Under the pieces are notes generated by a model. It made no database searches. It had not been told where the DNA came from and saw only the letters and a program-made list of their open reading frames with translations. 64,000 nt of DNA. Source: the human T2T-CHM13v2.0 reference genome, Homo sapiens. The position numbers and the translations under genes are program-made. Of the stretch, positions 26,501 to 38,880 are shown piece after piece. The stretch's first letter is position 1. The number at the start of each line of letters is the position of its first letter. Location: NCBI RefSeq assembly GCF_009914755.1, contig NC_060933.1; one strand, given 5' to 3'.

Positions 26501-29500
26501 TGGAATGGAAAGGAATGGAATCAACCAGAGTGGAATGGAAGGGAATGGAATGGAATGGAAACTAATAGAATGGAATCAACCCGAGTGGAATGGAATGGAA
26601 AGGACTGGAATGGAATGGAATGGAATGGGATCAACTCGATTGTAAAGGAATGGAATGGAATGGAATGGAATTAACCCGAATAAAATGCAATGGAATGGAA
26701 TGGAACGGAATGGAGTGGAATGGAATGGAATCAACCCGAGTGCAGGGGAATGGAATGGAATGGAATGCAATGGAATGGAATCATCCGGAATGGAATGGAA
26801 TGGAATGGAATGCAAAGCAATGGAATCAACTCGATTGCAATGGAATGGTATGGAATGGAAAGGAATACATTGGAATCAACCCGAGTGGAATGGAATGGAA
26901 AGGACTGGAATGGAGTGGAATGGAATGGAATGGAATGGAATGGAATCAACTCGATTGGAATGGAATGGAATGGAATGGAATGGAATGGAATTAACCCGAA
27001 TAGAATGGAATGGAATGGAATGGAACGGAACGGAATGGAATGGAATGGAATGGAATGGAATGGAATGGAAACAACCCTACTGCAGGGGAATGGAATGGAA
27101 TGGAATGCAATGGAATGCATTCAACTTGAATGGAATGGAAAGAATGGAATCAACACGAGTGGAATGGCATGGATTGGAATGGTATGGAATGGAATCAACC
27201 CGAGTACACGGGAATGGAATGGAATGGAATGCAATGGAATGGAATCATCCGTAATGGAATGGAAAGGAATGGAATGGAATGGAATGGAATGGAATGGAAT
27301 GGAATCAACTCGATTGCAATCGAATGGAATGGAATGGAATTAACCCGAATAGAATGGAATGGAATGGAATGGAACGGAACGGAACGGAATGCAATGGAAT
27401 GGAATGGAATGGAACGGAAAGGAATGGAATGGAATGGAATGGAATGGAATGGAATGGAATGGAATCAACGCGAGTGCAGGGGAATGGAATGGAATGGAAT
27501 GGAATCAACTCGATTGGAATGGAATGGAATGGAATGGAATGGAATTAACCCGAATAGAATGGAATGGAATGGAATGGAACGGAACGGAACGGAACGAAAT
27601 GGAATGGAATGGAATGGAATGGAATGGAACGGAAAGGAATGGAATGGAATGGAATGGAATGGAATGGAATGGAATCAACGCCAGTGCAGGTGAATGGAAT
27701 GGAATGGAATGGAATCAACTCGATTGGAATGGAATGGAATGGAATGGATTGGAATTAACCCGAATAGAATGGAATGGAATGGAAAGGAACGGAACGGAAT
27801 GGAATGGAATGGAATGGAATGGAATGGAAACAACCCTACTGCAGGGGAATGGAATGGAATGGAATGCAATGGAATGGATTCAACTTGAATGGAATGGAAA
27901 GAATGGAATCAACACGAGTGGAATGGCATGGATTGGAATGGAATGGAATGGAATCAACCCGAGTACGCGGGAATGGAATGGAATGGAATGCAATGGAATG
28001 GGATCATCCGTAATGGAATGGAAAGGAATGGAATGGAATGGAATGGAATGGAATGGAATGGAATCAACTCGATTGCAATCGAATGGAATGGAATGGAATT
28101 AACCCGAATAGAATGGAATGGAATGGAATGGAACGGAACGGAACGGAATGGAATGGAATGGAATGGAATGGAACGGAAAGGAATGGAATGGAATGGAATG
28201 GAATGGAATGGTATGGAATGGAATCAACGCGAGTGCAGGGGAATGGAATGGAATGGAATGCAATGGAATGGAATCTTCCGGAATGGAACGGAATGGAATG
28301 GAATGGAATGGAATGGAATGGAATGGAACAACCCGAATGGAATGGAATGTAATGGGGAGTGTAATGGAGAGGGTAAAACCGAGTGCAATGGAATGGAGTG
28401 GAATGGAATGGAATGGAATGGAACAACCCGAATGGAATGGAATGTAATGGAGAGTAAGGGAGTTGAATAGAATCAATCCGAATGTAATGGAATGGAATGG
28501 AACGGAATGGAATGGAATGGAATGGAATGGAATGCAATGGAATGGAATCAACCCGAGTTCAATGGAATGGAGAGGAATGGAATGGAATGGAATGGAAACT
28601 ACCCGAATGGAATGGAATGTAATGGAGTGTAAGGGAATTGAATAGAATCAATCCGAGTGTAATGGAATGGAATGGAACGGAATGGAATGGAATGGAATGG
28701 AATGGAATGGAATGCAATGGAATGGAATCAACCCGAGTGCAATCGAATGGAATCGAATGGAATGGAATGCAATGGAATGGATTCAACTTGAATGGAATGG
28801 AAAGAATGGAATCAACACGAGTGGAAGGGCATGGATTGGAATGCAATGGAATGGAATCAACCCGAGTACAGGGGAATGGAATGGAATGGAATGCAATGGA
28901 ATGGAATCATCCGTAATGGAATGGAAAGGAATGGAATGGAATGGAATGGAATGGAATGGAATGGAATCAACTCGATTGCAATTGAATGGAATGGAATGGA
29001 ATTAACCCGAATAGAATGGAATGGAATGGAACGGAACGGAACGGAATGGAATGGAATGGAATGGAACGGAAAGGGAATGGAATGGAATAGAATGGAATGG
29101 AATGGAATCAACGTGAGTGCAGGGGAATGGAATGGAATGGAATGCAATGGAATGGAATCTTCCGGAATGGAATGGAATGGAATGGAATGGAATGGAATCA
29201 ACCCGAGTGCAATGGAATTGAGTGGAATGGAATGGAATGGAATGGAACAACCCGAATTGAATGGAATGTAATGGAGAGTAAGGGAGTTGAATAGAATCAA
29301 TCCGAATGTAATGGATTGGAATGTAACAGAATGGAATGGAATGGAATGGAATGGAATTGAATGGAATGGAATGGAATGGAATGGAATGGAATCAACGCAA
29401 GTGCAGGGGAATGTAATGGAACGGAATGCAATGGAATGGAATCATCCGGAATGGAATGGAATGGAATGGAATGGAATGGAATCAACCCGAGTACAGGGGA

Positions 29501-32500
29501 ATGGAATGGAATGGAATGCAATGGAATGGAATCATCCGTAATGGAATGGAAAGGAATGGAATGGAATGGAATGGAATGGAATGGATTCAACTCGATTGCA
29601 ATGGAATGGATTGGAATGGAATGCAATGGAATGGAATCATCCGTAATGGAATGGAAAGGAATGGAATGGAATGGAATGGAATGGATTCAACTCGATTGCA
29701 ATGGAATGGAATAGAATGGAATGGAATGGAATGGAATGGAATTAATCCGAATAGAATGGAATGGAATGGAATGGAACGGAATGGAACGGAATGGAATGGA
29801 ATGGAATGGTATGGAATGGAATGGAAAGGTACGGAATAGAATGGAATGGAACGAATTGTAATGGAATGGAATTGAATGGAATGGAATGGAATGGAATGGA
29901 ATCAACGCGAGTGCAGGGGAATGTAATGGAACGGAATGCAATGGAATGGAATCATCCGGAATGGAATGGAATGGAATGGAATGGAATGGAACAACCCGAA
30001 TTGAATGGAATGTAATGGAGAGTAAGGGAGTTGAATAGAATCAATCCGAATGTAATGGAATGGAATGGAACAGAATGGAACGGAATGGAACGGAATGGAA
30101 TGGAATGGAATGGAATGGAATGGAATGGAATGGAATCAACGCGAGTGCAGGGGAATGTAATGGAACGGAATGCAATGGAATGGAATCATCCGGAATGGAA
30201 TGGAATGGAATGGAATGGAATGGAATGGAATCAACCCGAGTGCAATGGAATGGAGTGGAATGGAATGGAATGGAATGGAACAACCCGAATGGAATGGAAT
30301 GAAATGGAGAGTAAGGGAGTTGAATAGAATCAATCCGAATGTAATGGAATGGAATGCAACGGAATGGAATGGAATGGAATGGAATGGAATGGAATGCAAT
30401 GGAATGGAATCAACCCGAGTACAATGGAATGGAATGGAATGGAATGGAATGGAATGGAATGGATTGGAATACCTTCAAACCGAATGGAATGGAAAGGAAT
30501 GGAATCAACACGAGTGGAATGGAATGGAATGGAATGGAATGGAATGGCATGGAATGGAATGGAATGATACGGAATAGAATGGAATGGCACGAAATGGAAT
30601 GGAATGGAATGGAATGGAATGGAATGGAATGGAATCGTTCCGAGTGGAATAGGAGGGAATGTATTCGAGTGGAATGGAAAGGAATGGAATCAACCAGAGT
30701 AGAATGGAAGGGAATGGAATGGAATGGAAACTAATAGAATGGAATCAACCCGAGTGGAATGGAATGGAAAGGACTGGAATGGAAAGTAATGGAATGGAAT
30801 GGAATGGAATGGAATGGAATGGAATGGAATGGAATGGAATGGAATCAACGCGAGTGCAGGGGAATGGAATGGAATCGAATGGAATGGAATGGAATGGAAT
30901 GGAATCAACTCGATTGCAATCGAATGGAATGGAATGGAATTAACCCGAATAGAATGGAATGGAATGGAATGGAACGGAGCGTAATGGAATGGAATGGAGT
31001 GGAAAGGAATGCAACGGAACGGAATGGAATGGAATGGAATGGAATGGAATGGAATGGAATCAACGCGAGTGCAGGGGAATGGAATGGAATGGAATGCAAT
31101 GGAATGGAATCTTCCGGAATGGAATGGAATGGAATGGAATGGAATGAAATGCAATGGGTTCAACTCGATTGCAATGGAATGGAATAGAATGGAATGGAAT
31201 GGAATGGAATGGCATTAATTCGAATAGAATCGAATTGAATGGAATGGAACGGAATGGAACGGAATGGAATGGAATGGAATGGAATGGTATGGAATGGAAT
31301 GGAATGGTACGGAATAGAATGGAATGGAACGAATTGTAATGGAATGGAATTGAATGGAATGGAATGGAATGGAATGGAATCAACGCGAGTGCAGGGGAAT
31401 GTAATGGAACGGAATGCAATAGAATGGAATCATCCGCAATGGAATGGAATGGAGTGGAATGGAATGGAATCAACCCGAGTGCAATGGAATGGAGTGGAAT
31501 GGAATGGAATGGAATGGAACAACCCGAATGGAATGGAATGTAATGGAGAGTAAGGGAGTTGAATAGAATCTATCCGAATGTAATGAAATGGAATGCAACG
31601 GAATGGAATGGAATGGAATGGAATGGAATGCAATGGAATTGAATCAACCCGAGTACAATGGAATGGAATGGAATGGAATGGAATGGAAGGGAATGGAATG
31701 GAATGGAATGATACGGAATAGAATGGAATGGAACGAAATGGAATGGAATGGAATGGAATGGAATGGAATGGAATGGAATCGTTCCGAGTGGAATGGGAGG
31801 GAATGTATTCGAGTGGAATGGAAAGGAATGGAATCAACCAGAGTGGAATGGAAGGGAATGGAATGGAATGGAAACTAATAGAATTGAAACAAACTAAGAG
31901 GAATGGAATGGAAAGGAATGGAATGGAATGGAATGGAATCAACTTGATTGTAATGCAATGGAATGGAATGGAATGGAATGGAATGGAATGGAATGGAATT
32001 AACCCGAATACAATGCAATGGAATGGAATGGAACGGAATGGAGTGGAATGGAATGCAATCAACCCGAGTGCAGGGGAATGGAATGGAATGGAATGCAATG
32101 GAATGGAATCATCCGGAATGGAATGGAATGGAATGGAATGCAAAGCAATGGAATCAACTCAATTGCAATGGAATGGAATGGAATGGAAAGGAATACATTG
32201 GAGTCAACCCGAGTGGAATGGAATGGAAAGGACTGGAATGGAATGGAATGGAATGGAATGGAATGGAATGGAATGCAATGGAATCAACTCGATTGCAATC
32301 GAATGGAATGGAATAGAATTAACCCGAATAGAATGGAATGGAATGGAATGGAACGGAACGGAACGGAATCAACGCGAGTGCAAGGGAATAGAATGGAATG
32401 GAATACAATGGAATGGAATGGAATGGAATGGAATGGAACGGAAAGGAATGGAATGGAATGGAATGGAATGGAATGGAATGGAATCAACGCGAGTGCAAGG

Positions 32501-32799
32501 GAATGGAATGGAATGGAATGCAATGGAATGGAATATTCGGGAATGGAATGGAATGGAATGCAATGGAACTGAATCAACCCGAGTACAATGGAATGGAATG
32601 GAATGGAATGGAATGGAATGGAATTGAATGGAATGGAATCGTTCCGAGTGGAATAGGAGGGAATGTATTCGAGTGGAATGGAAAGGAATGGAATCAACAA
32701 GAGTGGAATGGAAGGGAATGGAATGGAATGGAAACTAACAGAATGGAATCCACCCGAGTGGAATGGAATGGAAAGGACTGGAATGGAATGGAATGGAAT

Positions 32800-35700
32800 G
32801 GAATGAATGGAATGGAATGGAATGGAATGGAATGGAATGGATTCAACCTGAATGGAATGGAAGGGAATGGAATAAACCCGAGTGGAATGGCATGGAATGG
32901 AGTGGAATGGAATTGAATGGAAGGGAATGGTACGCAATAGAATGGAATGGAACGAAATGGAATGGAATGGAATGGAATGGAATGGAATGAACCCGTGTGC
33001 AATTGAATGGAATCGAATGGAATGGAATGCAATGGAATGGATTCAACTAGAATGGAATGGAAAGGAATGGAATCAACCCGAGTGGAATGGCATGGCATGG
33101 AATGGAATGGAATGGAATGGAAAGGATTGGTACGGAATAGAATGGAATGGAACGAAATGGAATGGAATGGAATGGAATGGAATGGAATGGAATAGAATGG
33201 AATCCACCCGATTGCAGGGGAATGGAATGGAATGGAATGGAATGGAATGGAATGGAATGGATTCAACCCGAATGGAATGGAAAGGAATGGAATCAACCCG
33301 AGTGGATTGGCATGGAATGGAATGGAATGGAATGGAATGCTAGGGAATAGAATGGAATGGAACGAAATGGAATGGAATGGAATGGAATGGAATGGAATGG
33401 AATGGAATGGAATCAACCTGAGTGCAATGGAATGGAGTGGAAGGGAATGTAATGGAACGGAAACAACACGAATGGAATGGAATGTAATGGAGTGTAAGGG
33501 AATTGAATAGAATCAATCCGAATGTAATGGAATGGAATGGAACGGAATGGAATGGAATGCAATGGAATGGAATGGAATGGAGTGGAATGGAATGAAATGG
33601 AATGGCAGGGAATGGAATGGAATCAACCCGAGTGCAATGGAATGGAATGGAATGGAATGGAATGGAATGGAATGGAATGGAATGAATTCAACCCGAATGG
33701 AATGGAAAGGAATGGAATAAACCCGAGTGGAATGGCATTGAATGGAATGGAATGGAATGGAAAGGTACGGAATAGAATGGAATGGAACGAAATGGAATGG
33801 AATGGAATGGAATGGAATGGAATGGAATGGAATCAACCTGAGTGCAATGGAATGGAATGGAATGGAATGGAATGGAATGGAAACAACCCGAATGGAATGG
33901 AATGTAATGGAGTGTAAGGAATTGAATACAATCAATCCGAATGTAATGGAATGGAATGGAACGGAATGGAATGGAATGGAATGCAGTGGAATGGAATCAA
34001 ACCTAGTGCAATGGAATGGAATGGAATGGAATGGAATGGAATGGAATGGAATGGAATGGATTGGATTCAACACAAATGGAATGGAAAGCAATAGAATCAA
34101 CCCGAGTGGAATGGCATGGAATGGAATGGAATGGAATGGAATGGAATGGAATGGTACGGAATAGAATGGAATGGAACGAAATGGAATGGAATGGAATGGA
34201 ATGGAACGGAATGGAATGGAATCAACTCGATTGCAATGGAATGTAATGGAATGGAATGGAATTAACGCGAATAGAATGGAATGGAATGGAATGGAACGGA
34301 ATGGAATGGAATGGGATGGAATGGAATCAATCTGAGTGCTGGGGGATGGAATGGAATGGAATGCAATGGAATGGAATGTAATGGAATGGAATGCAATGGA
34401 ATGGAATGTAATTGAATGGAATGCAATGGAATGGAATGGAATGGAATGGAATGCAATGGAATCAACTCGATTGCAATGGGATGGAATGGAATGGAATGGA
34501 ATGGAATGGAAGGGAATGGAATGGAATGGAATTAACCTGAACAGAATGGAATGGAACGGAATGGAATGGAATGGAATGGAGTGGAATCAACCCGATTGCA
34601 ATGGAATGGAGTGGAATGGAATGGAATGGAATGGAAACAACCCGAATGGAATGGAATGTAATGGAGTGTAAGGGAATTGAATAGAATAAATACGAATGTA
34701 ATGGAATGGAATGGAACGGAATGGAATGCAATGGAATGGAATGCAATGCAATGGAATGGGATCAACCCGAGTGTAATGGAATGGAATCGAAAGGAATGGA
34801 ATGGAATGGAATGGTTTCAACACGAATGGAATGGAAAGGAATGGAATCATCACGAGTGGAATGGAATGGAATGGAATGGAATGGAATGGAATGGAATGGA
34901 CCCGTGTGCAATGGAATGGAATTGAATGGAATGGAATGGAATGGAATGGATTCAAGTCGAATGGAATGGAAAGGAATGGAATCAACCCGAATGGAATGGC
35001 ATGGAATGGAATGGAATGAAATGGAATGGAATGGAATGGAATGGTACGGAATAGAACGGAATGAAACGAAATGGAATGGAATGGAATGGAATGGAAAGGA
35101 ATGGAATGGAATCAACCCGAGTGCAGGGGAATGGAATGGAATGGAAGGCAATGGAATGCAATCATCCGGAATTGAATGGAATGGAATGGAATGGAATGGA
35201 ATCAACTCGATTGCAATGGAATGTAATGGAATGGAATGGAATGGAATTAACCCTAATTGAATGGAATGGAATGGAATGGAAGGGAATGGAATGGAATGGA
35301 ATGGAATGGAATTAACCGGAATAGAATGCAATGGAATGGAATGGAATGGAATGGAATGGAAAGAATGAAATGGAATCAACTCGATTTCACTGGAATGGAA
35401 TGGAATGCAATGGAATGGAATGGAATGGAATGGAATGAAATTAACCCGAATAGAATGGAATGGAATGGAATGGAATGGAATGGAACGGAATGGAATGGAA
35501 TAGAGTGGAATGGAATGGAATGGAATAGAATGGAATCCACCCGAGTGCAGGGGAATGGAATGGAATGGTATGCAATGGAATGGAATCATACGGAATGGAA
35601 TGGAATGGAATGGAATGGAATCAACCCGATTGCAATGGAATGGAGTGGAATGGAATGGAATGGAATGGAAACAACCCGAATGGAATGGAATGGAATGGAG

Positions 35701-38700
35701 TGTAAGGGAAGTGAATAGAATCAATACGAATGTAATGGAATGGAATGGAACGGAATGGAATGCAATGGAATGGAATGGAATCCAATGGAATGGGTTCAAC
35801 CCGAGTGCAATGGAATGGAATCGAAAGTAATGGAATGGAATGGAATGGATTCAACACGAATGGAATGGAAAGGAATGGAATCAACCCGAGTGGAATGGAA
35901 TTTAATGGAATGGAATGGAATGGAATGCAGTGAAATGGAATCAAACCTAGTGCAATGGAATGGAATGGAATGGAATGGAATGGAATGGAATGGATTAGAT
36001 TCAACCCAAATGGAATGGAAAGCAATGGAATCAACCCGAGTGGAATGGCATGGAATGGAATGGAATGGAATGGAATGGAAAGGTACGGAATAGAATGGAA
36101 TGGAACGAAATGGAATGTAATGTAATGGAATGGAATGGAATGGAATGGAATGGAATGGAATGGAATGGAATAGAATGGAATCCACCCGATTGCAGGGGAA
36201 TGGAATGGAATGGAATGCAATGGAATGGAATGGAATGGATTCAACCCGAATGGAATGGAAAGGAAAGGAATAAACCCGAGTGAAATGGCATGGAAGGGAA
36301 TGGAATGGAATGCAATGGTACGGAGTAGAATGGAATGGAACGAAATGGAATGGAATGGAATGGAATGGAATGGAATTGGATGGAATGAACCCGTGAGCAA
36401 TGGAATGGAATGGAATGGAATGGAATGGAATGGAATGGAATGGGTTCAACTCGAATGGAATGGAAAGGAATGGAATCAACCCGAGTGGAATGGCATGGAA
36501 TGGAATGGAATGGAATGGAATGGAATGGAATGGATTCAACCCGAATGGAATGGATTCAACCCGAATGGAATGGAAAGGAATGGAATAAACCCGAGTGGAA
36601 TGGCATGGAATGGAGAGGAATGGAATGGAATGGAATTGAATGGTACGGAATAGAATGGAATGGAACGAAATGGAATGGAATGGAATGGAATGGAATGGAA
36701 TGGAATGGAATGGAATGTAATGGAATGAACCCGTGTGCAATTGAATGGAATCGAATGGAATGGAATGCAATGGAATGGATTCAACTAGAATGGAATGGAA
36801 AGGAATGGAATCAACTCGAGTGGAATGGAATGGAACGAAATGGAATGGAATGGAATGGAATGAATGGAATGGAATGGAATAGAATGGAATCCACCCGATT
36901 GCAGGGGAATGGAATGGAACGGAATACAATGGAATGGATTGGAATGGATTCAACCCGAATGGAATGGAAAGGAATGGAATCAACCCGAGTGGAATGGCAT
37001 GGAATGGAAAGGAATGGAATGGAATGGAATGGTACGGAATAGAATGGAATGGATCGAAATGGAATGGAATGGAATGGAATGGAATGGAATAGAATGGAAT
37101 GGAATCAACCTGAGTGCAATAGAATGGAGTGGAATGGAATGTAATGGAACGGAAACAACCCGAATGGAATGGAATGTAATGGAGTGTAAGGGAATTGAAT
37201 ACAATCAATCCGAATGTAATGGAATGGAATGGAACGGAATGGAATGGAATGGAATGGAATGGAATGGAATGGAATGGAATGAAATGGAATGGCAGGGAAT
37301 GGAATGGAATCAACCCGAGTGCAAAGGAATGGAATGGAATGGATTGGAATGGAATGGAATGGAATGGATTCAACCCGAATGGAATGGAAAGGAATGTAAT
37401 AAACCTGAGTGGAATGGCATGGAATGGAATGGAATGGAATGGAATGGTACGGAATAGAATGGAATGGAACGAAATGGAATGGAATGGAATGGAATGGAAT
37501 GGAATCAACCTGAGTGCAATGGAATGGAGTAGAATGGAAAGTAATGGAATGGAAACAACCCGAAAGGAATGGAATGTAATGGAGTGTAAGGGAATTGAAT
37601 ACAATCAATCCGAATGTAATGGAATGGAATGGAACGGAATGGAATGGAATGGAATGCAGTGGAATGGAATCAAACCTAGTGCAATGGAATGGAATGGAAT
37701 GGAATGGAATGGAATGGAATGGAATGGATTGGATTCAACCCAAATGGAATGGAAAGCCATGGAATCAACCCGAGTGGAATGGCATGGAATGGAATGGAAT
37801 GGAATGGAATGGAATGGAATGGTACAGAATAAAATGGAATGGAACGAAATGGAATGGAATGCAATGGAATGGAACGGAATGGAATGGAATCAACTCGATT
37901 GCAATGGAATGTAATGGAATGGAATGGAATGGAATTAACGCGAATAGAATGGAATGGAATGTAATGGAACGGAATGGAATGGAATGGGATGGAATGGAAT
38001 CAATCTGAGTGCAGGAGAATGGAATGGAATGGAATGCAATGGAATGGAATGGAATGGAATGGAATGCAATGGAATCAACTAGATTGCAATGGGATGGAAT
38101 GGGATGGAATGGAATGGAAGGGAATGGAATGGAATGGAATTAACCTGAACAGAATGGAATGGAATGGAATGGAACGGAATGGAATGGAATGGAATGGAAT
38201 GGAATGGAATGGAATGCAATGCAATGGGATCAACCCGAGTGCAGGGGAATGGAATGGAATGGAATGCAATGGAATGGAATCAATCAACCCGAGTGCAATA
38301 GAATGAAGTGGAATGGAATGGAATGGAATTGAAAGTACCCGAATGGAAAGGAATATAATGGAGTGTAAGGGAATTAAAAAGAATCCGAATGTAATGGAAT
38401 GGAATGGAACGGAATGGAATGGAATGGAATGGAATGGAATGGAATGGAATGGAATGAAATGGAATGGCATGGAATGGAATGGAATCAACCCGAGTTCAAT
38501 GGATTGGAATCAAATGGAATGGAATGGAATGGAATGGATTCAACCCGAATGGAATGGAAAGGAATGGAATAAACCCGAGTGAAATGGCATGGAAGGGAAT
38601 GGAATGGAATGGAATGGTAAGGAATAGAATGGAATGGAACGAAATGGAATGGAATGGAATGGAATGGAATGGAATGGAATGGAATGAACCCGTGTGCAAT

Positions 38701-38880
38701 GGAATGGAATGGAATGGAATGGAATGGAATGGAATGGAATGGGTTCAACCAGAATGGAATGGAAAGGAATGGAATCAACCCGAGTGGAATGGCATGGAAT
38801 GGAATGGAATGGAATGGAATGAAATGGAATGGTAGGGAATGGATTGAAATGGAATGGAATGGAATGGAATCAACCCGAGT
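32800..38880 (+). repeat. Distinct satellite sub-domain (GAACCCGTGTGC / GGATTCAACCCG module type) containing a diverged ~1.7 kb duplication
   Basis: Lacks GAGAGTAAGGG, CAACGCGAGT, CATCCGT and CTTCC motifs, which are abundant on both sides. 32840-34570 resembles 36553-38165. Confidence 0.75.
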
